A stretch of 49,735 nt of DNA, taken from contig JWZX01003376.1 in NCBI GenBank assembly GCA_001275005.1, forward strand, positions 1 through 49,735, read 5' to 3'. The DNA comes from Chrysochromulina tobinii. Its lineage: Eukaryota. The position numbers and the translations under genes were made by a program. The notes under the pieces were generated by a model. The model did not search any database, was not told the origin of the DNA, and saw only the letters and a program-made list of their open reading frames with translations. Positions 10,931-22,332 of this stretch are shown here, piece after piece. How positions within the stretch are numbered: the first letter of the stretch is position 1; every line of letters starts with the position of its first letter.

Positions 10931-12896
10931 ATGGACTTGCCATCGCTCGTGCCATCGCTCGACTGCCCATTCATCGATGGCGTAGGCCTCGTCGCGGGCG
11001 GGAACGATGACGAGAAAATCGACAAGAAGGTGAATTCTGTGCGCTGCCACGCTCAAACTAGTCTCCAGGCACCGGAGGGTGCTGCGTGTGTGTGCCCGCG
11101 ATTGCGCACGAGTTTCACCGCTCCGCACCGTCCCACGTTCGTCCCTGTGCGCAGCGCCCATGGACCCTCGAGGAGGACGACACCGTGCGCCGGCTCGTGG
11201 CCGAGCAGCGCGGAGTCGATGGTGCCAATCGATGGGCTGAGATTGCCAAGTACCTTCCCGGGCGCAATGGCAAGCAGTGCCGCGAGCGATGGCACAATCA
11301 GCTCGACCCGGCCATCCGTAAGGATGCGTGGTCCAAGGAGGAGGACGACATCCTCATCGCCAAGCAGCGCGAGATGGGCAACAAATGGGCTGAGATTGCA
11401 AAGTACCTTCCCGGCCGCACGGACAACGCGATCAAAAACCACTGGAACTCGGGGCTGCGGCGCGTGGCCGAGGGCGGTGAGCCGGTGCCGCGGCGCAGGA
11501 GCCGCAAGCAGGGCGACGGGCAGCAGGACCTCGTCAAGGCGGCGACGGAGATGGAGGCGCGCCAGATCGAGACGCTGTTGGCCGACATAACAGGGGCCTC
11601 GCCGCTCTTCAGCATCTTCAAGACACCCGCCATCTTCCCAAGCTTTCCGGAGGACGAGGCGATAGCCGATGGCCTCGATGGCGAGGCGATAGCCGATGCG
11701 TTCCTGAACGAGGAGGCAGTCGCAGCGGGCCACGCCCCCGCCGCGACGACCACCGCGCCCGCGAAGCCCGAGGGGATGACGGGTGGCTCGGTGGACGGGT
11801 CCGACGACGGTTTCGGCATGCAGCAGAGCGAAGGGTACCACGCCCTGTTGCAGATCCTGCGAGCGCGAACCCCCGCCGACTTGCTGAGCGCCACGTCACG
11901 CCTGTGCTCCGCGGTCGTCGAGCACGTGGACGGGGGCGACACCTCATTGGACGGGTCGCGCGTGGTCCCGGGGCCGCTGAGCGTTGGAGGTGGGCGGCTG
12001 GCCGAGCTGCTCCGGAACGAGTGCAACGAGCTCCTGCTGTCGAACGGCAAGGAGGTGGACCTGACCGCGCTGCTCGAGTCGCCGGGGCGTCTCTTTTTCA
12101 ACAGCCTCTCGGCCTCAGCGAAGCGTCAGAAGACGGGCGAGTCCGGGCTCAAGAGGGACTGGAAGCCCCATGCCGCTGGTGCCGCTGAGGCCTCCATCGC
12201 CGCTGGGCTCGGTGCCGAAATTACGGCGGCCGGCGGACTGGCCGCCGCCATCGCCGCCTCCTCAGCGGCGTTCGTGCCAGGGCAGGCACAGGCGGCGCAG
12301 GCCGTGCCTTCGGCGGCGGCGGCGGCCTCATCGTCGGTGGTCGACGGCGACGGGGGCAAGGCGGGCACCGACACGACGGAAGAGCAGGACGATGGCATGC
12401 CGCCCTTGCCGCCGATCTCGCGCAGCAAGTCGCACCTCAAGCGCCCCATCGGGCTGGCACTGCACGACTTGCAGGTGCCCGCGCATCTGATTGCCTCCCT
12501 CATTGCATGCAGGTGCCCGCGCATCTGATTGCCTCCCTCATTGCATGCAGGTCGCCCGCGCATCTGATTGCCTCCCTCATTGCATGCACGGTACCCGCGC
12601 AGCCGGCGGCGATCCCCTTCGCCACCGGGACGGCGCCGCCCAAGTCGACGCGAGGGGCGGGCCCCTCGAGCGCCGCGGCGGGCGGCATCACAGAAGTGGA
12701 CGAGCTGCCACTTGCCGACGTGGCTTCTGTGCTCTCTCCCTTCCTCGCCTCGTCGCTCGGCATCGCGCCGCAGTCGATGCGCTCCTTTCTCCGCATCGAC
12801 GACCTCACCTTCGACCTGCTGTCGCCGCTCGGCGAGGGCCGGCTCGGAGAGCCCGAGCAGGAAAAGTTTGGCGGCAAGGCGCCCGCGCCTGCGTAG
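10931..12896 (+). CDS. R2R3-type Myb transcription factor; introns 11030-11154 and 12475-12512 (or to 12590)
   Basis: [26 protein letters not shown] and [22 protein letters not shown] repeats. A phase-0 GT..CAG intron joins [11 protein letters not shown]. Removing the second intron restores the frame into ORF 12507-12896. Confidence 0.88.
12475..12590 (+). repeat. Three tandem ~38-bp units forming an intron of the Myb gene
   Basis: GTGCCCGCGCATCTGATTGCCTCCCTCATTGCATGCAG occurs twice exactly, plus one variant copy. Confidence 0.9.
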
Positions 12897-13964
12897 TCCA
12901 GCTCGGAGGCGCCGGCGGCAAGGCGCCCGCGCCGGCGGACGCGCGCCCGCCCAGGCATGGCGCGCACGCCAGATCAACGGCACGTGTGCGCGGGCTTCTA
13001 TGAGTCCGACCCTCTGAGCGGACTCTAAGGAGCCATGGCGTGGCATGCCTGCCCCCAGACAGCAGCGCACATGCGGAGCCTGAGAAGGCGCACCGGGAAG
13101 ACGTGGGCAGGGCGAGAGCACGGGGAGGAGTTTGGGTGTCGCCACGACGCTTGCGCCTTGAAATGTGGCGACGAGCTGACGCGGCACGCGCGGGAAAAGG
13201 TGCGTTTCGGGTGGCAGCGGTGCCTGAGCGTCCCAATGATCCCGCAGCATGGTCATCAAGTTGAGATGAGAGATGTGTGTTCACGAAGAGGCGCGAAGGC
13301 CCGCGAAGCCGTGGCCCCATGGCGCATGGCGCCGGGCCAAGCAGCGCCGTCTCGGTCGCACACGCACTCTGCCGACATGCATAAAACGATTGCGGATTGG
13401 CGGTAAGAAAGCTTCAAAGTGTACTACATACTGTAAGTCGGAATCATGAGAGGCAATGAAAGTTGAGTTTTAGAGTTTGAAAGTTACCCTTACCGAGTTG
13501 AGACTATAAGACGGAACGTGACGCAGTCTCGAGTCTGCTGAGTGCAAGAGAGTCCGGTCGCCACACAGTCACTGCTCACTCAGCGCCATGCCCCATGACT
13601 CAGTCTCAGGTGCGTGCCCGTGCGTTAGGTTGGTGTTGCGTGTGCGCAGGCACCAGGCAGGGGGACCGCACATTCATATAACTGGCTGAACACTGTCAGT
13701 GACTACATGTATCAGGAATGTGCATAGATTCGCCGCGACCATACATTGTTTCTCGTACTCTTTCTCCTGATGATGCAATTCATCAGCACTCGGCACCGTC
13801 CGAGCCCAGAGTGCGACCGTCGCGCCTTTTGCGCGCGTCCGATGGTGCGCCGCTCACGCCTCATCAGCCCATCCCTCGGCTTCAGCTAGCCAAGCTGTGC
13901 GCACCTCCCACTGGCCCAGCCCTCTCGCGGCGTGGCTCGAGCTCACTCACCCTGTGTCCGTGCC

Positions 13965-15977
13965 ATGCAGTGGGGTTCAAAGAAGAAACAACCGGACATG
14001 ACGTATTCGAGCCACTACGAGCCAGGCGGCAGCATGCCCCCTCCCCCACTGGCGTCGGTCCCAGCGCCCTCGACGTTCGGCAAATCCGATGCTGCATCGC
14101 TCAACCTTCGGGAAACCGTCAAGGCTCGCCTGCTCAGTGACATGATGCATAGCATGGCGGGAGAGGCGGCAGGCATCGTCATGTGCGCCGACAGCTTCAC
14201 GGTGCGTGTGCTCTCGTCCGTGTTCAAAATGTCCCAGCTGCTCGAGGAGAACATCACAGTCGTTGAGAACATCACGATGAAGCAACCGAGCGGAGAGTAC
14301 CTGCAGCGGCAGCCACTGCCCGACCTCCCCGCAGCCTACTTCATCCAGCCGACGATCGAGTCGGTCAACCGGCTGATCACCGATTTCAAGGACAAGAAGA
14401 AGCCAATGTACAAGAGCTGTCACCTCTTCTTCAGCTCGCACGTGAGCGACGCCCTCTTCGGCAAGATCAAGGCCTCCAATGCCATCAACTATGTGCAGAG
14501 CTTCAAGGAGCTCAATCTCGAGTTCGTGTGCACCGAGAGCAACGCGTTCGTCTTGGACTCACCGCAGTCGCTGCCCACGCTCTTCGCGCCCGAAGACATG
14601 CCCGCGGCCTCCGAGGCCAAGCTGCAGGAGCAGCACAGGCTGGCCGCGATGCTCGCGACCCTGTGCATCTCGATGGGCGAGATACCGCTCATTCGGCACT
14701 CGACGAGGCCCGTGGCGTCGGCGGTTGCGCAGCTCTTGCAGGGGAAGCTGACCGAGCTCGCGGCGTCGGGCGCGTCCTTCGTCACGAGAACGCCCGAGGA
14801 GAAAGAGAAGACCACACTGCTGCTCCTCGACCGCTCCTACGATGCGATCTCGCCGCTGGTGCATGAGTTCACGTACCAGGCGATGGCGCACGACCTGCTC
14901 TCGATCCACGATGACAAGTACACGTACCACTTCGTGGCGAACAACAACGAGAAGCAGTCGAAGACGGTGCTGCTCAATGACACGGACCCGCTCTGGACGC
15001 GGTTGCGCTCGATGCACATCGCCGACCTGGGCACGCTCCTGCACACCGAGTTCAAGCAGTTCCTCGCCGACAACCCCGAGGCGGCCAAACTGCTCTCGAA
15101 GGACAAGTCCAAGAACCTGAAGGACATGACGGCGGGGCTGCGGGGGCTACCCAAATTCCAAGAAACGCACGCGCGCTACTCGCTGCACATGGCGGTGACA
15201 CAGGAGCTCATGACCAAGTACAACAAGCACTGCCTCGAGGCGATTGCCACGCTTGAGCAGAACATGGCCTGCCGCGAGGACTCGTCTGGCAAGGCGTACG
15301 GCAAGCAGTCGCTCACGGACCTGCGCGCGCTGCTCGAGCGCGAGGACATCCCCTTCTCGCCCGAGGACAAGATGCGTCTGCTCATGATCTACGTCGCCAC
15401 GCAGGACGGCATCAAGCAGGACGAGCGACGCCAGTTGCTCAATCTCGCCGGGATCTCGCCGGAGGACCAGGTGGCGATCCTCAATCTCTTCTATCTGAAC
15501 GTGACGATGCTCCAGGGCACCAAGGAGAAGAAGGAGAAGAAGAAGGTGCTGCGCGATTTTGAGGAGGCCACGTACGACGTCTCTCGCTACGTACCGCCTC
15601 TCAAGCAGTTGTGTGGGGACTTGCTCGATAAGGGCCTCGAGCTGGTCGAGTATCCCTATACCACGGAGCCGAAGGCGCTCGTCGAGCGGGCGCGCGAGCT
15701 GGCCGCGGAGAAGGCCGCGAAGGCGAAGGACAAGGCCGCGGCCGTGCCGGTCGAGGTGCCCGCGACAGGCAAGCGCTTGATCATCATCATGCTCGGCGGC
15801 CTGTGCTACTCGGAGCTGCGCGCCCTGCATGAGGTGAGAGTCATGTACCCAGGTCGCGAGATCATCATCGGCACCACCGCGATGCTCACGCCGCAGGCCT
15901 ACCTGCTCGGCCTCAAGGCCATGAAGCAGCTCGACGGCGCCGGCGGCGCCGGCGGCGCCTCCGTAACGAAGGTTTGA
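13965..15977 (+). CDS. SEC1: Sec1/Munc18 (SM) family syntaxin-binding protein
   Basis: RQPLPDLPAAYFIQPT, LLLLDRSYDAISPLVHEFTYQAM, YDVSRYVP and LGGLCYSELR motifs. Confidence 0.93.
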   Translation: MQWGSKKKQPDMTYSSHYEPGGSMPPPPLASVPAPSTFGKSDAASLNLRETVKARLLSDMMHSMAGEAAGIVMCADSFTVRVLSSVFKMSQLLEENITVVENITMKQPSGEYLQRQPLPDLPAAYFIQPTIESVNRLITDFKDKKKPMYKSCHLFFSSHVSDALFGKIKASNAINYVQSFKELNLEFVCTESNAFVLDSPQSLPTLFAPEDMPAASEAKLQEQHRLAAMLATLCISMGEIPLIRHSTRPVASAVAQLLQGKLTELAASGASFVTRTPEEKEKTTLLLLDRSYDAISPLVHEFTYQAMAHDLLSIHDDKYTYHFVANNNEKQSKTVLLNDTDPLWTRLRSMHIADLGTLLHTEFKQFLADNPEAAKLLSKDKSKNLKDMTAGLRGLPKFQETHARYSLHMAVTQELMTKYNKHCLEAIATLEQNMACREDSSGKAYGKQSLTDLRALLEREDIPFSPEDKMRLLMIYVATQDGIKQDERRQLLNLAGISPEDQVAILNLFYLNVTMLQGTKEKKEKKKVLRDFEEATYDVSRYVPPLKQLCGDLLDKGLELVEYPYTTEPKALVERARELAAEKAAKAKDKAAAVPVEVPATGKRLIIIMLGGLCYSELRALHEVRVMYPGREIIIGTTAMLTPQAYLLGLKAMKQLDGAGGAGGASVTKV

Positions 15978-16749
15978 GGCGGCGCCATCAGGCGCCCGTC
16001 GAGGCACAATACCGTTTGGCCATGCCACATGCCACATGATGGTAAGGGACCGACGAGTGCGATGCCGCAGGCCATCGTCATTGCATGTGCCGCGATGCCG
16101 ATGCGTGCAGTGGGCGAAATCGGGCGAGAGAGAGCAAAGCCAGAGGCGTGTACTCTCGCCCCGCCCCGCCCCGCCCGAAGCCGCCCGTGTGCAGACACAA
16201 GCGCAAGTAGATCGTATACATGCAAGAAGGAGCGAAGAGCGTTGGACCGTGGTTGCCGAGAGGTCGTGTTTCAGGCTAACTGATTAACCTCCCGTTTTCA
16301 TCGAACCGGTCAGACGCCCTTCAATAGGGGGGCCAAACGCGTCGTTTTGGGGCATTGACGATGCTCCCATGCGATGCTCCACGCGGGGAAATATCGAAAA
16401 AAAACCGGGGATTCGACATTCGTGGATCGTGCGCATAACTGTTAACTCGCGTTTTGTCGAGCAATAAAAGGCGTGGCGTTTTGTCGAGCAAAAAAGGCTT
16501 CAATAGGTAGCGCAGCAGGGCCCAGCAGCTCTGATGATAAAAAAATGCCAATAATACTGAATCGTAATGCGACGCATCGAAGACTCGACCCCGCACTACG
16601 TAGCCACTACCCGAAGAACAACGAAAGTGAGCAGTTCAAAGAAAGATAGTCCATAGTGAGAGCAACACCGTCGGTCAATACACCGGATCGGGGTGTCCGC
16701 CTAATAACTTATCACGCTTCTCTCGCTATTCACACTCAAGTCGGTGTGA

Positions 16750-19239
16750 ATGGCACGGTTCACGCTCCTTTCCCGGCGGCAGGACGCAGGAGAGTCGAAC
16801 GGTTCGTGGACGTCGCCGGGTCGAACTCGACGATCACCTCCGAAAGATATAAAGATGCAGCGCCGTGGTGCTGGAGCGGCAGCCTCTTCAGAGCCCGAGC
16901 TTGTTCTGGGTCATCAAAATCTGTCCAAGGCATTCATCCAAGCACGCTTCTCGGGCCACCTCAAGCTTCAAGCACGCGGGCTCACGATGCTCCCGCCGCT
17001 GTGTTGCAATATCGGCAGCGTCGTGCTTCCTGAGGGCTCGGCGTGGTGGGAGACGCGTGAGACGCTCGAGACCATGGACGTCTCGCAAAATGAGCTCATC
17101 TCGCTCCCGGAGGAACTCGGCACGCTCGAGGACCTACAGCAACTCGACGCGACAAACAACCGGCTGCGCGTGCTTCCGCCAGTGCTCGCCGAGCTGCCGG
17201 CACTCAAGAAGCTCATGCTAGCTCACAACCAGCTAACGCAGTTGCCCGAGCTCGGCGCCTTCAATCTGCCGCCGCTGGTGCAGCTGGTGGCCAGCCATAA
17301 TGCACTCACGGCCGTGCCGCCCAGCTTCGCCGGTCTCATCTATCTGGTGGAGCTCGACCTGTCACACAATCGGCTTGGGACACTGCCGTCGGGACTTGGC
17401 GGCATGCGTGCGCTCAAGACGCTCATGCTCGCCAAGAACGAGCTCATCGAGCTGCCCGCCGACCTCGTCCAGTCGCCTCCGCCGCTCGTGAGCCTCGATG
17501 CCTCGGAGAATCGGCTGCGCCGGCTGCGTCTGAGCGTGCCTAGCCTTCGGACGTTGCTACTCGCGAACAACCGCCTCGAGTCCCTCGAGCTGCAAGGGTG
17601 CGCCGGCCTGCAGGAGCTCTCAGCACCCTTCAATATCTTCGGGGTGTTGCCGAGCGGGATGCCTTACCTGGCGCAGCTCGCGACCGTCGACCTTAGCTCG
17701 AACAAGTTGACTGAGGTGGAGCAGCTGAGTGCTTGCGCCTCTCTCACGCGCCTGGACCTGAGCTGCAACGAGCTGCGCGAGGTGCCACCGCTGCTCGGCA
17801 ACCTCTCGCTCAACAAGCTCGCGCTCAGCGGCAACCCGCTGCGCACGATGCCATCGGCTGTCCTCAACGGGCCGACGCCCAAGCTACTCGCCCACTTGCG
17901 CGGCAAGATCGTGGACACATCGCCGCAATGGGACGGCGACATTCGCGGCCAAATGGCGCCCATGCAAATCGACCGCTCGCTCGGCGCGCTCGGCGACGAG
18001 AACCGCCCCGCGCAGACGCCGCACCAGCAGCACCGCCAGCAGCACCAGCACCAGCACCAGCAGGTGATGCCCTACGCCGCGCAGCAACAGCAGCACCCGC
18101 AGGCGACGATGCAGCAACAGTACCTGCAGCAGCAGCAGGAGATGCTACACTATGGCGGCGGCGCTGCCTACAGCGCTGGCGGCGGCGGCGGTGGCTTCGG
18201 CCGTATGGCCCCACCCCGTGGCGCAGACTGTCGAGCCAGTGAGAGGGGATTCGATGCGCTCTACAATCGGCCCCCATCACAACCGACGAGCGAGCGAGCG
18301 TCCTCATCTCGCACCTCCTCTCGCGGACCCTCTCCCGCGCTCCAACGGCCGGCCCAGCTGCAGCCGCCGCCCGCGCCTCCGCCCAGCCGGCCCACGCACA
18401 GCGTCTCTGCTTCGGCTCCCTTCCAGACGGAGACGAACTCGCGCCCCGCGCCGCCCGCCTCGGCGCTCGACGGGCTGTACAGCCACGTGATCAAAGATGG
18501 TACAGAGCTCAAGGTCGATGGGCTCAAGTTAACGGCGCTGCCCTCGGACGGGTACCCCGAGACCCTGCATACGATCCTCGCGGCGTCCAATCAACTCAGG
18601 GCACTCCCCGACGGCCTCTCAGGGCTCATCCCTGGCCTCAGGTGCCTCGACGTGAGCAAGAATGCGCTCAGCCTACTGCCCTTCGACTTGGGCAGCTGCC
18701 CAGAGCTGCAGGCCGTGCGTGTGGCCCATAACCAACTTCGCGACCTTGGCTTCGTTGGCGTGGTGCTCTCGTCCCTCACGGAGCTCAATGCTGACCGCAA
18801 CGTACTCGGCGAGGTCCCTGCTGCGCTTTGGCTCTGTCCGCGGCTCCGGACTGTCTCACTCTGTGCGAACAAGCTCACCGCCGCCTCGTTGCACATGCCT
18901 GGGGGCGGTGCCGCCGCGCCACTCGAGTACCTGGACCTCGGTGAGAACCGACTGGGTGCGCTGCCGCCGCTCGCGCTCTTCCCCCGGTTGAGAGAGGTGC
19001 ACGTCCAGCAGAATGGCATCCGCGAGCTCCCTGTGGAACACTTGATGCCGCTCCAGAAGCTGCAGACGCTCGACATCTCGTGCAACGACGTCACCATGCT
19101 GCCAGCTGAGCTGGCGCTGCTCCCGGTGCTTCAGAATCTAACGATCGTGGGCAACGCCATTCGCTCCATCCCACAGAATGTGCAGCAGCGTGGGGCGACG
19201 GCGGTGCTCGACCTGCTGAAGAAGCGGTTGCCGGGGTAA
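16750..19239 (+). CDS. Leucine-rich repeat protein (LRRC40-like) with a central Gln/Gly/Pro-rich linker
   Basis: Many LxxLxLxxNxL repeats in two blocks, each ending in a GNPLR/GNAIR cap. Alternative start at 16855. Confidence 0.88.
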   Translation: MARFTLLSRRQDAGESNGSWTSPGRTRRSPPKDIKMQRRGAGAAASSEPELVLGHQNLSKAFIQARFSGHLKLQARGLTMLPPLCCNIGSVVLPEGSAWWETRETLETMDVSQNELISLPEELGTLEDLQQLDATNNRLRVLPPVLAELPALKKLMLAHNQLTQLPELGAFNLPPLVQLVASHNALTAVPPSFAGLIYLVELDLSHNRLGTLPSGLGGMRALKTLMLAKNELIELPADLVQSPPPLVSLDASENRLRRLRLSVPSLRTLLLANNRLESLELQGCAGLQELSAPFNIFGVLPSGMPYLAQLATVDLSSNKLTEVEQLSACASLTRLDLSCNELREVPPLLGNLSLNKLALSGNPLRTMPSAVLNGPTPKLLAHLRGKIVDTSPQWDGDIRGQMAPMQIDRSLGALGDENRPAQTPHQQHRQQHQHQHQQVMPYAAQQQQHPQATMQQQYLQQQQEMLHYGGGAAYSAGGGGGGFGRMAPPRGADCRASERGFDALYNRPPSQPTSERASSSRTSSRGPSPALQRPAQLQPPPAPPPSRPTHSVSASAPFQTETNSRPAPPASALDGLYSHVIKDGTELKVDGLKLTALPSDGYPETLHTILAASNQLRALPDGLSGLIPGLRCLDVSKNALSLLPFDLGSCPELQAVRVAHNQLRDLGFVGVVLSSLTELNADRNVLGEVPAALWLCPRLRTVSLCANKLTAASLHMPGGGAAAPLEYLDLGENRLGALPPLALFPRLREVHVQQNGIRELPVEHLMPLQKLQTLDISCNDVTMLPAELALLPVLQNLTIVGNAIRSIPQNVQQRGATAVLDLLKKRLPG

Positions 19240-19299
19240 CGAGACCTGTCGTAGTGTACTTTATCCGTAAAGTCAACCAAACTGCGTGTTTCGTCGCAA

Positions 19300-21037
19300 A
19301 TGCCGGTACCGGTACGCGCCCTTTGCCGGCTCCCCCCGGTGTCTTTTTACCGGTACGCGCCCAAACACGGAAAGGCCGTCGGCTCTCCTCGCTCTTCCTC
19401 CTCGTCGGTGTCGCGTGTGTACGCTACGCAGCCTTCCTTGTCCAACATGAGGATCGGCTGGGTCGGACTTGGTGCCATGGGCGGCCCGCTGGCTGCACGT
19501 GTTGCACGCGCTCGCCCGCCACTGTCCACCTTCGACATCGCCGCAGCAAAGATGCAGCAGCACGCTGCCGAGAGCGGGTCGGTGCCGGCGGCCTCCCTCG
19601 CAGAGCTCGGGCGAAATTCCGATGTTGTCTTTCTGTCGCTTCCGACCACGAACGAGGTACGCACGGTGGTTGAGCAGCTCGTCCCCACGCTCAAGAAGAG
19701 TGCGATCATAGTCGATTGCACCTCCGGTAACCCGGTGACGAGCGCCGATGTGGCCCGCCTTCTCCCTTGTGCATACGTCGATCTGCCGGTGAGCGGCGGG
19801 CCTGCGGGTGCTGCGGCGGGCACAGTTACGGCAATGGCTGGCGGCGATGCGGCAGCAGTGGAACGCGTGCGCGACATCGTCTCCTGCTTCGCCAAGAGCA
19901 TCGTGCACCAGGGCCCCATTGGGTCAGGGCACGCCGTCAAAGCTGTCAACAACCTGCTGAACGTGGGACACTTGATGCTCGCGGGTGAGGGGCTGCTCGC
20001 GCTACGCGGCTTCGGCGTAGAGCCCGCCACGGCGCTTGCAGCCATCAATGGCTCCTCTGGTCGCTCCCTCCAGACGCAGGTGCGCCTGCCGACGGAGGTG
20101 CTGACTGGACAATTTGGCTATGGGTTCGAGCTTGGGTTGATGCTCAAAGACGTGCGCAACGCGACCGCGATTGCGGGCGCGCACTTCCCACAGGCGACGC
20201 TACTGCCCGCGGTCGAGGCCGCCGTGGCCGCAGCTACTGAGCGCGTGGGCCGCACCGCCGACTACACCGAGGCCGTCCGCTACCTTGAAGAGCTCGCCGG
20301 TCGGGACTTGCGGTGTGCCGCGCCGCCGCCGGCGCCGCCCATGCTGCATGCGGACACGCAGCTGTTGGTGTGCGACATGGCGGGCACGACCGTGGACGAG
20401 GGCGGGCTCGTGTATATCGTGCTGCGCGAGAGCATGAACGCCGCCGGCCTCGAGGTCAGCGAGGCTGACATGCACCCCTGGCACGGCGCAGCCAAAGAGG
20501 AAGTTGTCGCACACTTCGCAGCCAAGCAGCGCGGCGCCGACTTCGCGCCATCGGCGCTCGCCGAGCTCACGACGGTGATCAACAAGCGTTTTTGAGAAAA
20601 GCCTCGAGGACGCATACCTGGCCCCTGGCTCGGGCCTCTCCCTCATCGACCCGTCACTGCCCGACTACTTTGCCACGCTGCGCGCGCGTGGTTGCAAGGT
20701 TGGACTCAACACCGGCTACCCGCGCCGGCTACAGCAGGCCATAGTCGACCGCCTCAAGCTGAACGAGATTGTGGACGGGTACATCTCGGCGCAGGACGTG
20801 CCACGTGGCCGGCCGTCGCCTTACATGGTCCACGCGCTCATGGCGAAGCTCGGCGTGGAGGACGTGAGCAAAGTCGCGAAGGCAGGCGATACGGAGCGGG
20901 ATATTGGCGAGGCTCTCAATGCCGGCTGCAGGCAGGCGATTGGCGTCCTCTCCGGTGCCGACTCCGAGGCGGCTCTCAGGGCAAGCGGCGCGACGGTCAT
21001 CGTCCAGAACATCACGAAGCTCAAGATGGCATCGTGA
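19300..21037 (+). CDS. Fusion of a beta-hydroxyacid (3-hydroxyisobutyrate-type) dehydrogenase and a phosphonatase-like HAD hydrolase; +1 frameshift at ~20590
   Basis: IGWVGLGAMGGP, DLPVSGG and GSGHAVKAVNN, followed in the same ORF by CDMAGTTVDEGG. Removing one T from the T-run at ~20588-20592 gives KRFEKSL...KVGLNTGY...GRPSPYM...KAGDTERDI. Alternative start at 19447. Confidence 0.82.
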
Positions 21038-21521
21038 TCAGGCGCCATCTCGCTATCGATGATCGCGGCCGTGCCAAGTCTTCAGGCTTCGCGTTCAGGG
21101 GGTCCAATGCCTTTTGTCAATGGCCACGGGCATTCAATCACACTGTTTTATTATTAGGGCCCCGTGGGGGGCGGTCTACGCATGGGTCTACGCTAGGCAT
21201 GGGGGTAGGCCGGATCGTGTGCGTGCGTTGACTTCGTGCGTGTGCGGTGCATGCCCGGCTGCCGCTGCCGGGCGGCGGGCGGAGCCGGAAGGGCGGGTCC
21301 GGTCGCCTCCGGTCCTCAGTCCGGTCCCCGGCGGTGTGTGGCGTACCGCTAAGTCGGATAACACGGTTCCGTTCGTGAACTCCTACAGTACAGAACCGAG
21401 GTAATACCGCGGTTATCTCGCGATTACAGTACAGACTACAGGAGTACACTGTGACGGCCACACTGCACACGCGACCGCCAGCAGCAGTGGTGACGGCATG
21501 TCGGACTTATAATAGACTTCT

Positions 21522-22229
21522 TTAGTCGCGGTACACATCTTCCAAGAGACCCTCGCCGCGCAGCAGGTCAATCTGCTCGCCAAGGCTGGCCTCCGCACGG
21601 TAGGCGAGCACCGCGTTCACGCCACCGACGATGCCCCCGATCAGGATGCCGATGGGCAGCGACGCTCGCTCCTCAGTGCGCAGCTTCTGCGGGGCATCCT
21701 CCACGTCCATCGCACCAAACATGAGCCCAAAGAGAGCACCCTGCGTGACCGCGCCCGCGAGCACCACGCCAACCTGCTGTGGCGTAGACACGAGCGAGCG
21801 CTGGCGCATATCATAACTGCGCCGGTCATGGTACGCGTTCAGCAGATCCACAGCCGTGAATGATACCGAGAAGCAGAGCGAGACCCCAAGAGACATGTAC
21901 ATCGGGATCTTTGCGTTGGGCGAAATGGTCTTGAACCAATTCTTCTCGAGCAGGAAGCACGAGATGCCCGATAGAAGCACCAGTGCCGAGAAGCAAAGCA
22001 CCAGCACGCGCATGCAAGGGGCGTCGTGCGCCTCCCACAACTTTCGCCACATCATCAGGCCTCCAAGCAGGAGAAGCACGATGCCAAAGACGGCCGCAAA
22101 AAAAGGTGTGAGCGAGATTTCGATGAGTGCATTGTTGACGATCACCGAGATGCTGCCGCCGATGATGCCTCCCGCGGCCGTCCACAAGCACGTCGAGCGG
22201 ATCACCCAGGTGCGTGTCGAGCGCACCAT
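21522..22229 (-). CDS. Multi-pass membrane protein (~6 TM), function unknown
   Basis: 235 aa with about six hydrophobic segments. ATG at 22229. Confidence 0.7.
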   Translation of the reverse strand: MVRSTRTWVIRSTCLWTAAGGIIGGSISVIVNNALIEISLTPFFAAVFGIVLLLLGGLMMWRKLWEAHDAPCMRVLVLCFSALVLLSGISCFLLEKNWFKTISPNAKIPMYMSLGVSLCFSVSFTAVDLLNAYHDRRSYDMRQRSLVSTPQQVGVVLAGAVTQGALFGLMFGAMDVEDAPQKLRTEERASLPIGILIGGIVGGVNAVLAYRAEASLGEQIDLLRGEGLLEDVYRD

Positions 22230-22332
22230 AGAATTAAGTGTGAATGGTGCGTGTGAACAAGAACAGTTTAGAAATTCCACGAGGGCTGCACGGTGCTCGC
22301 TTTCCGTCCTTTCTTATGAAGTTCATATTCAT

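Noticed and set aside
12475..12590. CRISPR-like array of 38-bp repeats
   Set aside because: The units are directly adjacent with no spacers and there are no cas genes. The repeat is explained as an intron.
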